A stretch of 31,675 nucleotides of DNA from a virus (taxonomy: Duplodnaviria; Heunggongvirae; Uroviricota; Caudoviricetes): the IMG/VR virus record IMGVR_UViG_3300029705_000019. One strand, written 5' to 3'. Each line of letters begins with the position of its first letter. Positions within the stretch are counted from its first letter, which is position 1. Shown piece by piece: positions 31,589 to 31,675 of this stretch. A program made the translations under genes and the position numbers. The notes under the pieces were generated by a model that saw only the letters and a list, made by a program, of their open reading frames with translations, was not told where the DNA came from and ran no database searches.

Positions 31589-31675
31589 TTACCATTGAGT
31601 TGAGTCTGCATCTCCGCCAAAGATTTTTTCAACAACAAGCTCACTAGCGGTTTGATTGTAGTCACGATATAATTC
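31589..31675 (-). CDS. 3' end of an upstream gene (partial), ending ...VVEKIFGGDADSTQW
   Basis: Manual translation: ELYRDYNQTASELVVEKIFGGDADSTQW then TAA at 31591-31589; open to the window edge. Confidence 0.6.
   Translation of the reverse strand, partial: ELYRDYNQTASELVVEKIFGGDADSTQW

Noticed and set aside
280-31591. Every called gene ends in TAA, hinting at stop-codon reassignment
   Set aside because: Long genes are uninterrupted under the standard code, with no in-frame TAG/TGA needing read-through. AT-richness and high expression explain the TAA preference.

Overview
A 31.7-kb, AT-rich fragment of a large tailed phage. The SD motifs (GGAGG/GGAG) and an XkdX-type gene point to a Bacillota (Firmicutes) host. 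All credible genes are on the minus strand, so transcription runs from high to low coordinates. From about 31.7 kb to 10.9 kb lies a roughly 21-kb cluster of fibre/appendage genes: alpha-helical coiled-coil fibres, beta-fibres, a His-x-His needle protein, tiny adaptor-sized proteins, a 2338-aa multidomain protein (LamG-like, CotH-type kinase-like, LRRs) and chaperone-like genes (DUF4376-like, XkdW-like/XkdX). From about 10.8 kb to 1 lies a T4-like head module: ParB/Srx-like protein, large terminase, gp20-like portal, small protein, gp21-like prohead protease fused to a coiled-coil scaffold, gp23-like major capsid protein, two paralogous decoration-like proteins and a gp13-like neck protein. 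The most striking pattern is that the fibre proteins reuse a small set of terminal modules: 6-7 N-terminal Mtd_N/hyaluronidase-N-like domains, two LNIGGxDY N-termini, three WKTF C-termini and four hydrophobic-x-(G/C/S)-G C-termini. This suggests a combinatorial plug-and-socket system for building chained or branched fibres. Other highlights are a mirror-symmetric TPxG/FTG hairpin-needle protein, a recurring intergenic TTGTATATA late-promoter-like motif, structured 5' leaders (one with a 12-codon uORF) and an origin-like AT-rich interval. All family assignments come from motif recognition by eye; no database searches were run.
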